Counted from the stretch's first letter, positions 19,826-30,071 are shown. The stretch: DNA of 56,775 bases from a virus (IMGVR_UViG_3300015360_000005:1-56775), one strand, 5' to 3'. Numbers and translations: made by a program. Notes: generated by a model from the sequence alone, not told the origin.

Positions 19826-20218
19826 ATGAGTATGTCTAATTATTTAGAGACCGCGTCGCTGAATGTTTACAAGGGAACAGCTCATCCCGCTCCCGCAACT
19901 GTGTATCTTGCGCTTTACACGTTCACGCCGAGTGATGCTGGAGGAGGAACAGAAGTCACAGGCGGATCGTATGCGCGTCTTGCGATCACATGCAATGGAA
20001 CTAATTTCAATGTGACAGGAGGCACTCTGACAAATAGTCTTCAGCTAGTGTTCCCTACTGCGACAGCGTATTGGGGAATCGTTGTTGCTTGGGGACTTTT
20101 TGACGCGGCGATCGCAGGTAATCTGTGGGATTGGGGAGTCGTTTCCACTAATAAGGCTATAGCTAATGGCAGCGCATTTGTGGTTAATGCATCTGGCTTA
20201 ACGATCTCGAGGGATTAA
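19826..20218 (+). CDS. Minor tail protein
   Basis: SNYLE...YLALYT..P.DAGGGTEVTGGSYAR...FPTAT..WG, a common phage tail family pattern. Confidence 0.75.
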   Translation: MSMSNYLETASLNVYKGTAHPAPATVYLALYTFTPSDAGGGTEVTGGSYARLAITCNGTNFNVTGGTLTNSLQLVFPTATAYWGIVVAWGLFDAAIAGNLWDWGVVSTNKAIANGSAFVVNASGLTISRD

Positions 20219-20221
20219 ACG

Positions 20222-22822
20222 ATGGCCGTCGTCGAACTGTCTGACAACACGAACCTTGTCAAGTGTCAAGGATTCCCGAACGCTACGGTCGCAGGTGATG
20301 CGACGTTGCCGTTTGATGCGTCGAGCTTGACGACGGTAAACAACGTTCTAATCGTTTTCACAAGTTGGCAGAATCCGTCGTCTCAGGCTGTCTTCGGTGT
20401 GACGTTCGACGGTGTCTCACTGACTGAGTATTCAGCAGCAGCAGCAGCTAGCGGAGGAAGCAATTTAATTCAACGCGTTTGGTATCTTATCAATCCACCT
20501 GCGACGAACGCTAACATCGTTGCGAATGTCGTGACGGGCACGACCGACGTTTGCATCGTGGCCGCGATCTTCTGCAAGGTTGATCAGACAGTACCGATTA
20601 CAGCGGGTCGTCCAGACTCGGGCACAGGGACTGCACCATTCGCCACGCTGACTGCTCCCACTGCTCCCGGACTCATGGTCGCAGTAATGTCTGCTGTTCC
20701 TCTAGGTGCTCTCACTGGATCAGTTGTTGCAACTGGTGACGGCGGACAGACTGAGCCCGGAACTGGCGCTGGTATTTGGAATCAACAGGCTGCACTCGGG
20801 CTCAATGCCGATCAGTTAAGAATTGCTGGCGCGATTAAAGATGGCTCCGCGGGATCACGTACTTGCTCATGGGCTCTTAGCGTTTCTAGTGGATGGATAG
20901 CAGGAAGCATTTTCCTAGTCGCGTCGACTGTGACAGGTGTCTGCGAAGAATCTGCGGGAACTTCAACAGGTATCATCAATGATGTGTTGATACGTATAGA
21001 AGTGGACGGATTGTCCAGTAGTGGTACATCAGTCGGGCTGTTAGTCCCTGAACCAGACCCTGGAATTGAAATCACTCCTGCGTCACCAGGAGGTGCTGAG
21101 TACAACTACGGGAAGCTCGTCGCGGTCAAGATGTCTTGGGGAGCTAATGAGCCGCGTGTCTTAGAGTGCCAGCATTTCATTCGCGCGACCGACACTGTTA
21201 ATGCGAAGCACGTAGGTGATTTGATCGTCTATACTGATCCGGACCTCGGTACGGTCTTTGTCGGTCACATCTTTAAGACAAAGGAGGCGGTGAAACCAGG
21301 CGAAGGATGGACTTACCTAGCAGCGGATCTCTGGCGATTCCTTAACAAGACTCCGGCGAAGCTGTCTTGTGCGAATACAATCCCAGCTTACTCCAATGAG
21401 CCGTTCTACTTCGGCACTACGCATCTCAACATGCCGAAGGACACAGACATCGAGGATGGAATCAACGCTGTGACGGCAGCAGTTCAACAGACAGGATGGA
21501 ACTTTATCACAGGTGGGATCGACTACAGTTTGGATCCTACGCTGCTATACAAAGAGATTGACATGGGAGGGATGTCGATTGCAGGCTGGATCGACACCAT
21601 GTTGGATCAGACAGAAGATGGAGTCGCATATATTAAGTACATCCAAAGCGGCGACGACTGGCTACAAGCGCTAAGGGTCTACAATTATTATGACGAGCCA
21701 GATGTCACAATTCGTTACGGAACTTATGGGGCAACGGTTCTCGATCCGAACGAACCTATGCTGCTGGAAGCGGAGATTGAAAATAGCGCTGATAACAAGT
21801 ATTACCGAGTTCTTGTCGAAGGAGGCGGAAGCTTTAGACGCATCAACGGAAAGTGGATTGCTCCTACGTATCGCACTGGTGATCCTGTGTCGATCAATGT
21901 CGGAAACACTTTATACCGAACGATCATGCGCTTCTACTTCGACGAGACCAATGTCACCGGATGGATGTTCGACTACACAGGCACGTGTGTGAATGAAGTT
22001 AATGGCAGCTTTGCTCTCACGTTTCAGGCAGGAACTCTTCCGCCAGTGACTCAAAATAATACAGTAGTTCAAGCTCCTACGTTGGACACAGAACCAACGA
22101 ACAGCTTCTACGGCGACAGTATGGGACCAAATCTAAACGAAGGTAAATGGTACTTGGAATTCATTTGGGAGCAAGGTGGAACAGGGAGTGGTGGAACAGG
22201 AATGCCGTCGGCACCTGTAATTACAGAGCAGTTCTTCAATTATACCATCTACGAAGGAGCAATACAGGTCACATCACCTGCAACGCCAAATCCTGCTCTG
22301 CTTCGAGAGGGCGAATTTGTAATTCAACGACCTGAGCTCTATAAGTATTACTCGGAAGGGCTACTCAACAGTTACGGATCAGTCGTCGAGATGGCCGTAA
22401 ATACTGACCCGACAGCAGAGCTCCAAGCGATTGCGGACCTTTATCAGGCGCGTTACTCGACGACCGTCAACATCGCGGGTCCGCTGACAGTGTTTATCAA
22501 AGGAGAGACCGGAGACGTTCGTCCTGGAAGTCGCATCGCAAACTTTGGATCTGGTAGTAATGTGCGCGTGAGGCATTTGGAGTATGACTTCCCCGGACGC
22601 AAGATCACTCTGTCGTTCAGTGACTTACCGATTCGAGAATACATTAACGAACGCAAGGAAGAGAAGATCAGGCAAAAGATCCTACACCTTAACTGGAGAG
22701 AGCGAAAGGTCGCATGTGCTAAAACACCGTGTATCCCGCTCGTAGGGTTTAAACCGTGTAACGCTGTAGGAACTTCTGCGCTGATTGCAGACCAGTTTGG
22801 GGGAGCCTGTGGATACTACTAA
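20222..22822 (+). CDS. Tail tip / hub-like protein with beta-rich N-terminal domain
   Basis: 866 aa, last large gene of the tail block, T/G/A-rich N-terminus. Confidence 0.6.
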   Translation: MAVVELSDNTNLVKCQGFPNATVAGDATLPFDASSLTTVNNVLIVFTSWQNPSSQAVFGVTFDGVSLTEYSAAAAASGGSNLIQRVWYLINPPATNANIVANVVTGTTDVCIVAAIFCKVDQTVPITAGRPDSGTGTAPFATLTAPTAPGLMVAVMSAVPLGALTGSVVATGDGGQTEPGTGAGIWNQQAALGLNADQLRIAGAIKDGSAGSRTCSWALSVSSGWIAGSIFLVASTVTGVCEESAGTSTGIINDVLIRIEVDGLSSSGTSVGLLVPEPDPGIEITPASPGGAEYNYGKLVAVKMSWGANEPRVLECQHFIRATDTVNAKHVGDLIVYTDPDLGTVFVGHIFKTKEAVKPGEGWTYLAADLWRFLNKTPAKLSCANTIPAYSNEPFYFGTTHLNMPKDTDIEDGINAVTAAVQQTGWNFITGGIDYSLDPTLLYKEIDMGGMSIAGWIDTMLDQTEDGVAYIKYIQSGDDWLQALRVYNYYDEPDVTIRYGTYGATVLDPNEPMLLEAEIENSADNKYYRVLVEGGGSFRRINGKWIAPTYRTGDPVSINVGNTLYRTIMRFYFDETNVTGWMFDYTGTCVNEVNGSFALTFQAGTLPPVTQNNTVVQAPTLDTEPTNSFYGDSMGPNLNEGKWYLEFIWEQGGTGSGGTGMPSAPVITEQFFNYTIYEGAIQVTSPATPNPALLREGEFVIQRPELYKYYSEGLLNSYGSVVEMAVNTDPTAELQAIADLYQARYSTTVNIAGPLTVFIKGETGDVRPGSRIANFGSGSNVRVRHLEYDFPGRKITLSFSDLPIREYINERKEEKIRQKILHLNWRERKVACAKTPCIPLVGFKPCNAVGTSALIADQFGGACGYY

Positions 22823-23477
22823 CGTGACAGTCCTCCAACACGCAACGAACGCTCACTTGCGCATGGTAGCACGTAGCAAGATGTTTCACCAGAACTACTG
22901 TGCGTTCCACGGTTATACGTACGAGCTGACAACGGAGAGACTACAGGAGGGTAACCCGATCTTCGATAAGGTAGTAGTGATCCTCCGCTGGCTTAAGCGT
23001 GCGAAGGAAGGAGACATTGCTATATGGTTAGACGCAGATTCATTGTGGAGGCGAGGTAGATTTCCACTTGTGACTGCTTTTAATCCTCAGAGTATGTTGG
23101 CAATGGTACAGATGCACATAGGGTATTTCAACACAGGTGTCATATTTATCAGAGCTTGTCCTACGATGCTGGCATTCTTTGAGCAAGTAATGACAGGAGC
23201 TGATCCGCGCACGCGTAAAGAGATCTCATTAGCAGGTATCGGAATCATTGGACCCAGATGGCAGGATCAAGCCTTTGTGAACTATGAGCTCTGTGATGGG
23301 TTCAGTCACGTAGAATGCCAAGAGTTGGACAGCAGATTTAATTCATTCAAGTTCCAGAAGTCAAAACCTACTGGAGAGATCATCGTTCAAAGCTGGCATG
23401 CAGAGTCGCTGTCATGCCAGATCGACAAGATGAAGATCGAGACGGCTATGTTGCCGATCCTCGCACTTCCCGCGTAG
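22809..23477 (+). CDS. GT-A glycosyltransferase (GT34 / Mnn10-like)
   Basis: YC..HGY, K, WLDAD, FNTGVIFIR and WQDQA motifs. Confidence 0.75.
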   Translation: MDTTNVTVLQHATNAHLRMVARSKMFHQNYCAFHGYTYELTTERLQEGNPIFDKVVVILRWLKRAKEGDIAIWLDADSLWRRGRFPLVTAFNPQSMLAMVQMHIGYFNTGVIFIRACPTMLAFFEQVMTGADPRTRKEISLAGIGIIGPRWQDQAFVNYELCDGFSHVECQELDSRFNSFKFQKSKPTGEIIVQSWHAESLSCQIDKMKIETAMLPILALPA

Positions 23478-23509
23478 GACGGTTTCCTACCAACAGAAGG
23501 AGAGTAAAG

Positions 23510-23968
23510 ATGAGAGCAGGAATTTGTGGCTTGTTCATGGCGTTTACGCTGCTGTTAGCAGCACAGGAGCTCGCAGCTCCGGTGTCCGTACCTTCCGCAA
23601 CAACGGGAGTCGTTCAGCCTGCAATGACGCTGCTAGAGATTATTGTCGCAGCAGTTGGACTGGTGATTAGCACGGTGTTCATCTTTCTCGGAAAGCTGAG
23701 AAAGGACGACGCTACTTACCAGAAAATGCTCCAAGCGTTCCAAATCGCTGTCATTAAAACGTACAACGAGGAGGTCAGCGTTTGGAAGGCAAACAATCCA
23801 GGCACGCCGATTACTCCTGAACGCGCTGCTAGGTTCCGGGAAATCGCAATCAACAATGCAAAGGAGTTCGCTGCTGGACCAGTGAAGGACCTCATTCTCT
23901 CCTATGCGGGTCCTGCTCTGCACGCGATCGTGCAGAAACTCGTCAACAAGGAGAAGCAAGGAGGATAA
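23510..23968 (+). CDS. Holin-like membrane protein
   Basis: Two hydrophobic segments, at end of the structural arm. Confidence 0.5.
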   Translation: MRAGICGLFMAFTLLLAAQELAAPVSVPSATTGVVQPAMTLLEIIVAAVGLVISTVFIFLGKLRKDDATYQKMLQAFQIAVIKTYNEEVSVWKANNPGTPITPERAARFREIAINNAKEFAAGPVKDLILSYAGPALHAIVQKLVNKEKQGG

Positions 23969-23969
23969 C

Positions 23970-24152
23970 GTGGTGGAGTTTTTCCCGCTGATTGTCGCAG
24001 CACTCAAAGCACTCATGGAGGTCATTGCAGATGTTGTTATTAAAAACTTCGTTGGACCAGACGTCATGGCCAAAGACCATGACCCGATTCTCGATCATGG
24101 TGCTGTACAGCCTGTTTCTAATGACGACTTGCTTGCTCGTTCCGGGATGTAG
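23970..24152 (+). CDS. Small hydrophobic protein
   Basis: GGAGG RBS, GTG start, FFPLIVAALKALM. Confidence 0.45.
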   Translation: MVEFFPLIVAALKALMEVIADVVIKNFVGPDVMAKDHDPILDHGAVQPVSNDDLLARSGM

Positions 24153-24432
24153 TTTCACGAAACGAGAAGTCCAGCAAGCGCGAGCGACGAAGAAACCTGT
24201 GGAGACTGAAGGATGGATGCGTATAGTTCAGTCGAAACCGATTGAGGTCGTCGTCGACAGTCCTGCACAACAATACGAGGTAGTTGGAACATCCAATCTC
24301 AAAGAACGCTCAAAGCACAAGTTCTATGAAGAGTGTTCCGCATATCTTGTCATCCATGAGAATGATCTCGTTCAACTTCTCAAGAATACTAAGGAGTTGA
24401 ACGATCTTAGGAAGCAAAAGCCGGATAAATAA
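24079..24432 (+). CDS. Putative lipoprotein (spanin-like position)
   Basis: Hydrophobic leader ending LLVPGC, overlaps the upstream membrane gene. Confidence 0.45.
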   Translation: MTRFSIMVLYSLFLMTTCLLVPGCSFTKREVQQARATKKPVETEGWMRIVQSKPIEVVVDSPAQQYEVVGTSNLKERSKHKFYEECSAYLVIHENDLVQLLKNTKELNDLRKQKPDK

Positions 24433-24666
24433 TCGGTGGGTCCCTGAAGGGGCCATACCATTCCTGCAGTCCGTCTGCTTCTAAAACTGAACACACTCAT
24501 TTATAAATAAATAAAAGGTACTATATATATATATATACTACTACTCGGGATCAATAAGTTAAGTATAAGTAAGTAAGTAAGTAAGGTAGTTAGCAGTTTT
24601 GGATGAGGGTACTAGGTTTTAAATACGGACGGACTGCAGGAATGGTATGGTCCCTGAAGGGGCCAT
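24433..24666. repeat. Inverted-repeat element with AT-rich core, copy 1 (candidate origin/regulatory site)
   Basis: Perfect 23-bp IR at 24453-24475 and 24628-24650; 16-bp DR TCCCTGAAGGGGCCAT at 24441 and 24651; (TA)n and (TAAG)n core; near-identical to 53403-53630. Confidence 0.9.
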
Positions 24667-24696
24667 GCTCATAGGTTGGAAGTATCGAGAGAAGAA

Positions 24697-24724
24697 TTTA
24701 CTTCCTCGAAATTTGTGGTAATAT
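24697..24724 (+). promoter_or_regulatory. Putative extended -10 promoter for the replication arm
   Basis: TTTACT-N16-TAATAT with TGn; shares CTTCCTCG..TTGTGGTA with 54294-54316. Confidence 0.45.
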
Positions 24725-24780
24725 GGTTCCTGCGTTGTCGCGGGTTCGCAAATTTCCGCACTAAAGAAAAAGAAGAGAAA

Positions 24781-25137
24781 ATGGAAAACTTAAACAATCA
24801 AATTGCTCCCAGAGTATTTCTGGTAGAGCCTAATAACAGATTCGTCATTGCAGACGCTGAGACGAGAGGGACTCTATCCTATCTCTCAGTGCGCTGTCTC
24901 AATCCTTTCAATCCAGATACTGCAAAAGAACTCATCTACAGGGGATTCCAAGAACAGGGATTTAACCTTGATCGGGACTACCTTATCATGACAGGGAATT
25001 CCCTCGTGCTCGCAATGGCGCTGTCTGTCGCTTGCGTGCTGTATCCGAAAATTCAACTACTACTATTCGACTCGCGGACGTCCAGTTACTGTGAAAGACT
25101 GTACGATTCTCCCCGTGTCCAATTCGAAAAGGAGTAA
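24781..25137 (+). CDS. Hypothetical protein
   Basis: First gene of the replication arm, 118 aa. Confidence 0.65.
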   Translation: MENLNNQIAPRVFLVEPNNRFVIADAETRGTLSYLSVRCLNPFNPDTAKELIYRGFQEQGFNLDRDYLIMTGNSLVLAMALSVACVLYPKIQLLLFDSRTSSYCERLYDSPRVQFEKE

Positions 25138-25141
25138 CGCT

Positions 25142-25744
25142 GTGCCTAAAGAAAAAGAAGAAATGCATCTGTTGACAGAAAAGACCTTACGCTTTAAAGA
25201 GCGTATGGATGGAGTCCACAAAGAGCTTTATGAGTTGATGGCAGAGATTGACAGTGCAGCAAAAGAGCGCGTCATCCGCCCTGAACCAGACATGGTAGAC
25301 ATTGGTTTCTTGTGTCGAGAGACTGAAACAGTGTTCGACGAAATGCGAAAGGAGGTAAAGGCACGAAAGGAGCTGCTCGGAAAGATCATTTCCGTATGGC
25401 ATACTGAAGGTGTAATGAAAGGCGAAATCACAAAGGAATCGGCTCAGGGAATATTAGCGACAGGATCACCGGACGTTTCCCAGCAGCCTAAGATCCCAAA
25501 ACGTGGTACTCCCGAGTTCTTAGCGTTGATGAAGTTCTTGGGAGTCAGCGAAGAGCTCTCCTCAGGTGAAAGACCCCCAATTCAATTCGATTGGAATGGG
25601 ATGGGAGTGTTAATGGGGGAGCGTGCAAGACAGGGATTACCTGTACCTCCTGGGATCACGAAAATGTATCCGGTGTTCACGACTGTATTCCGAGGTCGAA
25701 AAACAAAGGAATCTGAAAAGGTAACTGAGAACAGTCCTTTTTAA
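25142..25744 (+). CDS. Hypothetical protein
   Basis: AAGGAG RBS, GTG start. Confidence 0.65.
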   Translation: MPKEKEEMHLLTEKTLRFKERMDGVHKELYELMAEIDSAAKERVIRPEPDMVDIGFLCRETETVFDEMRKEVKARKELLGKIISVWHTEGVMKGEITKESAQGILATGSPDVSQQPKIPKRGTPEFLALMKFLGVSEELSSGERPPIQFDWNGMGVLMGERARQGLPVPPGITKMYPVFTTVFRGRKTKESEKVTENSPF

Positions 25745-25774
25745 ACTTCAACCACGAACGGAGAACGAACTGTC

Positions 25775-26602
25775 ATGGCAACAAAGAAGAGAGAATCAGG
25801 TCAAGAGATTGTCAGGGTAAATGCACCGGAGGGAGTGCCGGACTATCTTGCAGCTCATATCGCCGAGGACACATCCCTCGACAACCTGCAAGAGTACAAG
25901 ATACTCCCACGTATCAAGATCGTTCAGAGCACAGCGAACGGCGAGCTGCTTAAGGTGTTCTCTCCGGGCGACATTATCCTGTTCCCCGGGAACGTGATGG
26001 TAGCTCCCTACTTTAAAGCGGAACAGAAGTCAGAAGCGTTTCTGTTTGTGCCGCTGTTCTTCTTCACGGAATTCTGCATGTGGTCTGACCTCAAGGACAC
26101 GACAAGCAAGAAGATTCAGGAGCGCACTTTTGATGCAGGATCGCCATTGGCGATCCGGTCGAAGGATCCGAATCGCCGCGAAGAGAAGTATGGCGACAAG
26201 TCACAGTTCACTCGCCGCTATGTTGAGCACTTGAACTTTCCGGGGATCATCTACGGTAAGTCCCAGTGTCAAGGTCAGCTCTCTACCTTGAGCTTCGCAC
26301 GCGGCGACTTCCAGACGGGATTGAATTTCATTACTGCATTGACCATGCGCAAGATGCCTCTGTGGTCACAGGTTGTGGAACTCAATTCAGTCTACCACGA
26401 ACGTGGCGCTGACGTCAAGTATTATGGCTTCGAGCATCGCTTCCAGGAAGGTGAGAAGAACATCACTGCTGAAGAAGTCGACTTCTTCAAGAACTTGCAC
26501 AACGAGCTCAAAGACCTGTTCGCCAAGAAGCTGCTCGTTGTGGACCGCACGGATGAAGAAGGCAGTCCCAACGATTCGGCCAAGAACGAAACTCGAATGT
26601 AA
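25775..26602 (+). CDS. Putative ssDNA-binding/recombination protein
   Basis: ILPRIKIVQS motif, acidic C-terminus, just before primase-helicase. Confidence 0.45.
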   Translation: MATKKRESGQEIVRVNAPEGVPDYLAAHIAEDTSLDNLQEYKILPRIKIVQSTANGELLKVFSPGDIILFPGNVMVAPYFKAEQKSEAFLFVPLFFFTEFCMWSDLKDTTSKKIQERTFDAGSPLAIRSKDPNRREEKYGDKSQFTRRYVEHLNFPGIIYGKSQCQGQLSTLSFARGDFQTGLNFITALTMRKMPLWSQVVELNSVYHERGADVKYYGFEHRFQEGEKNITAEEVDFFKNLHNELKDLFAKKLLVVDRTDEEGSPNDSAKNETRM

Positions 26603-26632
26603 CCTGACGCGCCTCCTGTCGTGTCAGTGTAG

Positions 26633-26663
26633 TGCTGCATCACCCATGGAGGGTGATGCAGCA
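26633..26663 (+). terminator. Hairpin / terminator
   Basis: TGCTGCATCACCC-ATGGA-GGGTGATGCAGCA then ACTTT. Confidence 0.55.
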
Positions 26664-26700
26664 ACTTTAAAATAAAAGCAGAGTAGAACAGGAATCTATC

Positions 26701-29604
26701 GTGGCTAAAGTATCAAAATTAAAAATAGAAAACGTTAAGGCTCTTGTCGAACTTGACAGGCTCGGTATTAAATACGAGCCTACGAGCGCCGACGAAGTCA
26801 AAATCAAGTGTCCTGTACACAAAGAAGGCAAGGAAGAATCTCCCTCCTGCTTCCTTAACGTTAAAAAGAATCTGTTCATGTGCCAGACAGCAGGTTGTCA
26901 GGCACATGGCGACATAGTTTCCCTGTTCGCATTCATTGCGAACGTTCCCCGCGACGTTATTATTCTTGACTTGCAGGGTCGCTACGACTTAGAAGTCAAG
27001 AAGACCATCTCCCCCGAAAACGTCGAACGGTTCCACGAAGCGATTTGGGAAGCAGGTCCGCTTCTAAAGTTACTCTACGATCGCGGTATCACCAATGACA
27101 TGATCCGTAAGGCACGTCTTGGATACCACTCTGGTCGAATCACAATACCTATTTATGATCTAGACGGTAGCATAGTCGAGATTCGTCGTTACCTGCCAGG
27201 AGCTCCCGGCGCTGAAAAGATGCGCAACACTCCGGGATATGGTGGCAATCATATCTATCAGGTAGACCAAGCAAAGAAGTTTGATACTGTCTGGGTCTGC
27301 GGCGGAGAGATGAAAGCGCTCGTCGCAGGATGGTTGCTCAACGAGCACGGGGTCGGCGCGGTCAGCGACACAGCAGGCGAAGGGAACTGGGAAGCAGAGA
27401 ACAACAAATTCTTTAAGGACAAGCGCGTCTACATTTGCTTGGACGTGGACAAAGGTGGAAACGCTGGCTCACAGACTATTGCAGGCTATCTGTTCAACGT
27501 CGCGAAGGTAGTCTATGTCATCCGCCTCCCGTTGGACAGGACCAAATATCCGAAGGGTGACATCAATGATTTAATCGGGCAAGAGGGTGGGACTGCACAA
27601 ACGCTCCTCCAGTGCATGACGGATGCCGATCAGTGGTATCCACCAGACCTGTCCGAAGAGAAAGATCAAGAAATCTACAAGGTAATCCTGTCCGAGTCAA
27701 CACACGCGGAGCACGTAGGTAAGAAGATTGAAGTCTGTGGCATTGTTAGCTCTATGGACACGGACACTTATCTCGTACCAAGGAAGGTCAACTGTGTCTG
27801 TGACAAGTCCCAGCCTGGATGCTCGTGGTGTCCTGTAAAGAACATTGAACCAAATAAAGACGGCCAGATGGAGACAGAGGTACGAAGCTCCAATGCCGGC
27901 TTGCTCGAAATGATTAACGCGCCTAAGAGCAAGCTGAAGGACGCCATGCGCGAAGCGTTGCGAATCCCTGCCTGCAAGTCAGTTGAGTTCCATGTCAGGT
28001 CCCATTATAATGTGTCGGACTTGCGCTTGAGCCCTCAGCTCAACATCGGCAGCGAGTCCAGCAAGAACGTGGTCCAGCCTGCCTTTGTGGTAGGTAAGAA
28101 CATTGAAATGAATACACCCTATATCTTCCGTGGGAAGGTGTATCCGCAACCACGTAATCAGCAGGCAGTGCTTCTGCTTAATGAGATGGAACAGGGTACA
28201 GACAGTCTCGGCTCCTTTAAGCCTAGCGACGAAGACCTAGACGCGCTCAAGATCTTCCGCCCTACGGATTGGAGCGAGGCTGCGATTGGCCTAAAGCTCA
28301 AAGACATCTACGACGACTTCGAAACGAACGTAACACAAATCTTTCACCGCCAAGACCTGCACTTGACCGTGGACCTGTGCTACCACAGTATTCTTACAAT
28401 GAACTTCGATGGACAAGAGACAAAGGGATGGGTGAATATTCTCATTGCAGGTGACTCCTCACAAGGGAAGTCGGCCGTTGCCGCGGGATACGATGGCAAC
28501 GGTGGACTGATGAAACATTATGGTCTCGGAGAAAGAGTCGATTGTAAGAATGCCACAGTTGCGGGACTCCTTGGTGGTCTCCATCAGATTGGAACGCGAT
28601 GGTTCGTATCGTGGGGAGTTATCCCAACGCATGATCGTCGTATGGCGATCTTGGAGGAGATCGGTGGCACGGATCCCGAAGTGCTCACAAAGCTAACAGA
28701 CATGCGTTCGTCGGGCATCGCCGAAATACCAAAGATCGAAAAGAGGCGTGCGCTCGCGCGTACCAGACTCCTGCTCATTTCAAATTCACGCGACGGTCGT
28801 GCAACGAGCGCGCACAATTTTGGAATCGAAATTATTAGAGGGCTACTCCAAAGGCCAGAGGATATTAGACGACTTGACTTCGCAATATTAGTATCCAGCT
28901 TGCAGGTCAATCCCGACGAGATCAACAAGCTCGCTCGTAATCGTCCTGTCCGGCAGCACACATATAAGAAGGAGCTATGTCAGCGCTTGATCCTTTGGGC
29001 GTGGACCCGTACAGTTTCACAAGTAGCGTTTGAAAGCGACGCGGTCACCCTCATATTGGAGCGTGCGACATACCTAAGCAAGAAGTTCTCCGAGTCTATT
29101 CCGCTGGTGGACCGTGGAACCATGCGTATCAAGCTCGCGCGCCTAGCGTGTTCACTGGCTGCAAGAACCTTCTCTGCGAGTGACGACATGCAAGCGCTAG
29201 TCGTGCGCGTTAGTCATGTGGAGTACATCTCCAACTTTGTCGATCGCGTCTATAGCGACAAGGTATTTGGATATAGTGACTTTAGTAAAGCACAGATCCA
29301 CGCTAACGCGGTCCTCGACCCTGATGCAGTTAAAAAGCAGATCGAGTCTACTAAACATCCCGCAGACTTTGTCAAGATGATGCTCTACACCGAGACCATC
29401 TCGATGAATGACATTTGCGATTGGTGTGAGGTAGACCGAGACATTGGACAGAAGCTCATGTCGTTCTTCGTTCGTAAGCACGCGCTCTACCGTGTTAAGC
29501 GCGAGTATCAAAAGACGAGCGATTTCATATCCCTACTAAAAGAGATGGAGCGCATAGGTGTAAAGAAGGCAGGCAGCGCAGACCTCTCAAAGGAGGAGTT
29601 CTGA
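26701..29604 (+). CDS. Primase-helicase: CHC2 zinc finger, Toprim, MCM-like AAA+ helicase
   Basis: CPVH...C...GC; GGEMKA and LDVDKGG Toprim; CxC..CxxC zinc site; GDSSQGKS Walker A; AILEE Walker B; DIRRLD. Confidence 0.88.
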   Translation: MAKVSKLKIENVKALVELDRLGIKYEPTSADEVKIKCPVHKEGKEESPSCFLNVKKNLFMCQTAGCQAHGDIVSLFAFIANVPRDVIILDLQGRYDLEVKKTISPENVERFHEAIWEAGPLLKLLYDRGITNDMIRKARLGYHSGRITIPIYDLDGSIVEIRRYLPGAPGAEKMRNTPGYGGNHIYQVDQAKKFDTVWVCGGEMKALVAGWLLNEHGVGAVSDTAGEGNWEAENNKFFKDKRVYICLDVDKGGNAGSQTIAGYLFNVAKVVYVIRLPLDRTKYPKGDINDLIGQEGGTAQTLLQCMTDADQWYPPDLSEEKDQEIYKVILSESTHAEHVGKKIEVCGIVSSMDTDTYLVPRKVNCVCDKSQPGCSWCPVKNIEPNKDGQMETEVRSSNAGLLEMINAPKSKLKDAMREALRIPACKSVEFHVRSHYNVSDLRLSPQLNIGSESSKNVVQPAFVVGKNIEMNTPYIFRGKVYPQPRNQQAVLLLNEMEQGTDSLGSFKPSDEDLDALKIFRPTDWSEAAIGLKLKDIYDDFETNVTQIFHRQDLHLTVDLCYHSILTMNFDGQETKGWVNILIAGDSSQGKSAVAAGYDGNGGLMKHYGLGERVDCKNATVAGLLGGLHQIGTRWFVSWGVIPTHDRRMAILEEIGGTDPEVLTKLTDMRSSGIAEIPKIEKRRALARTRLLLISNSRDGRATSAHNFGIEIIRGLLQRPEDIRRLDFAILVSSLQVNPDEINKLARNRPVRQHTYKKELCQRLILWAWTRTVSQVAFESDAVTLILERATYLSKKFSESIPLVDRGTMRIKLARLACSLAARTFSASDDMQALVVRVSHVEYISNFVDRVYSDKVFGYSDFSKAQIHANAVLDPDAVKKQIESTKHPADFVKMMLYTETISMNDICDWCEVDRDIGQKLMSFFVRKHALYRVKREYQKTSDFISLLKEMERIGVKKAGSADLSKEEF

Positions 29605-30071
29605 TGGATACTGTGGTCGCCGCTGTAATCCGGCGGAACGAGGACAGCAGACTGCTGATCATCCGGCGTGGAAGGAAGCTCGCAGGCTTTCCCGGACTGC
29701 TTTGCCTTGTTGGTGGACGCGTAGACGCTACAGACGTCCGCGATCCGGGTGTAGGCAGCATGGCATATCGCGAAGAACTCACTCTAGGATACGCTTTAGT
29801 TCGAGAGGTGCGTCAAGAGATCGGTGGTAAGGTCGTCGTAGAACTCAAGGACATACAGAAGGCATATCGCTACGAAGACCCCAAGAAGCGATTCGTAGTT
29901 CACATGGTCGAATGTCATCTCGACATGAATGAAGATGAGTCTCTGGAACTAAGTCTACGCGAGGTAGATGAGTTGCGATGGATGACTGTGCAGGAGTTGC
30001 TGGCTGAGAAGGATCTCATCCCTTCCCTGCAAGAGTGGGTGAAGCATCAGATGACTGCGGATGCATCATAG
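29604..30071 (+). CDS. Nudix hydrolase
   Basis: GGRVD...ALVREVRQEIG (Nudix box with insertion), EVDELRW. Confidence 0.75.
   Translation: MDTVVAAVIRRNEDSRLLIIRRGRKLAGFPGLLCLVGGRVDATDVRDPGVGSMAYREELTLGYALVREVRQEIGGKVVVELKDIQKAYRYEDPKKRFVVHMVECHLDMNEDESLELSLREVDELRWMTVQELLAEKDLIPSLQEWVKHQMTADAS

Noticed and set aside
24433-24666. MITE/IS call for the inverted-repeat element
   Set aside because: No transposase is seen, and the flanking 16-bp repeat is essentially the same at both loci, so it is not a target-site duplication.
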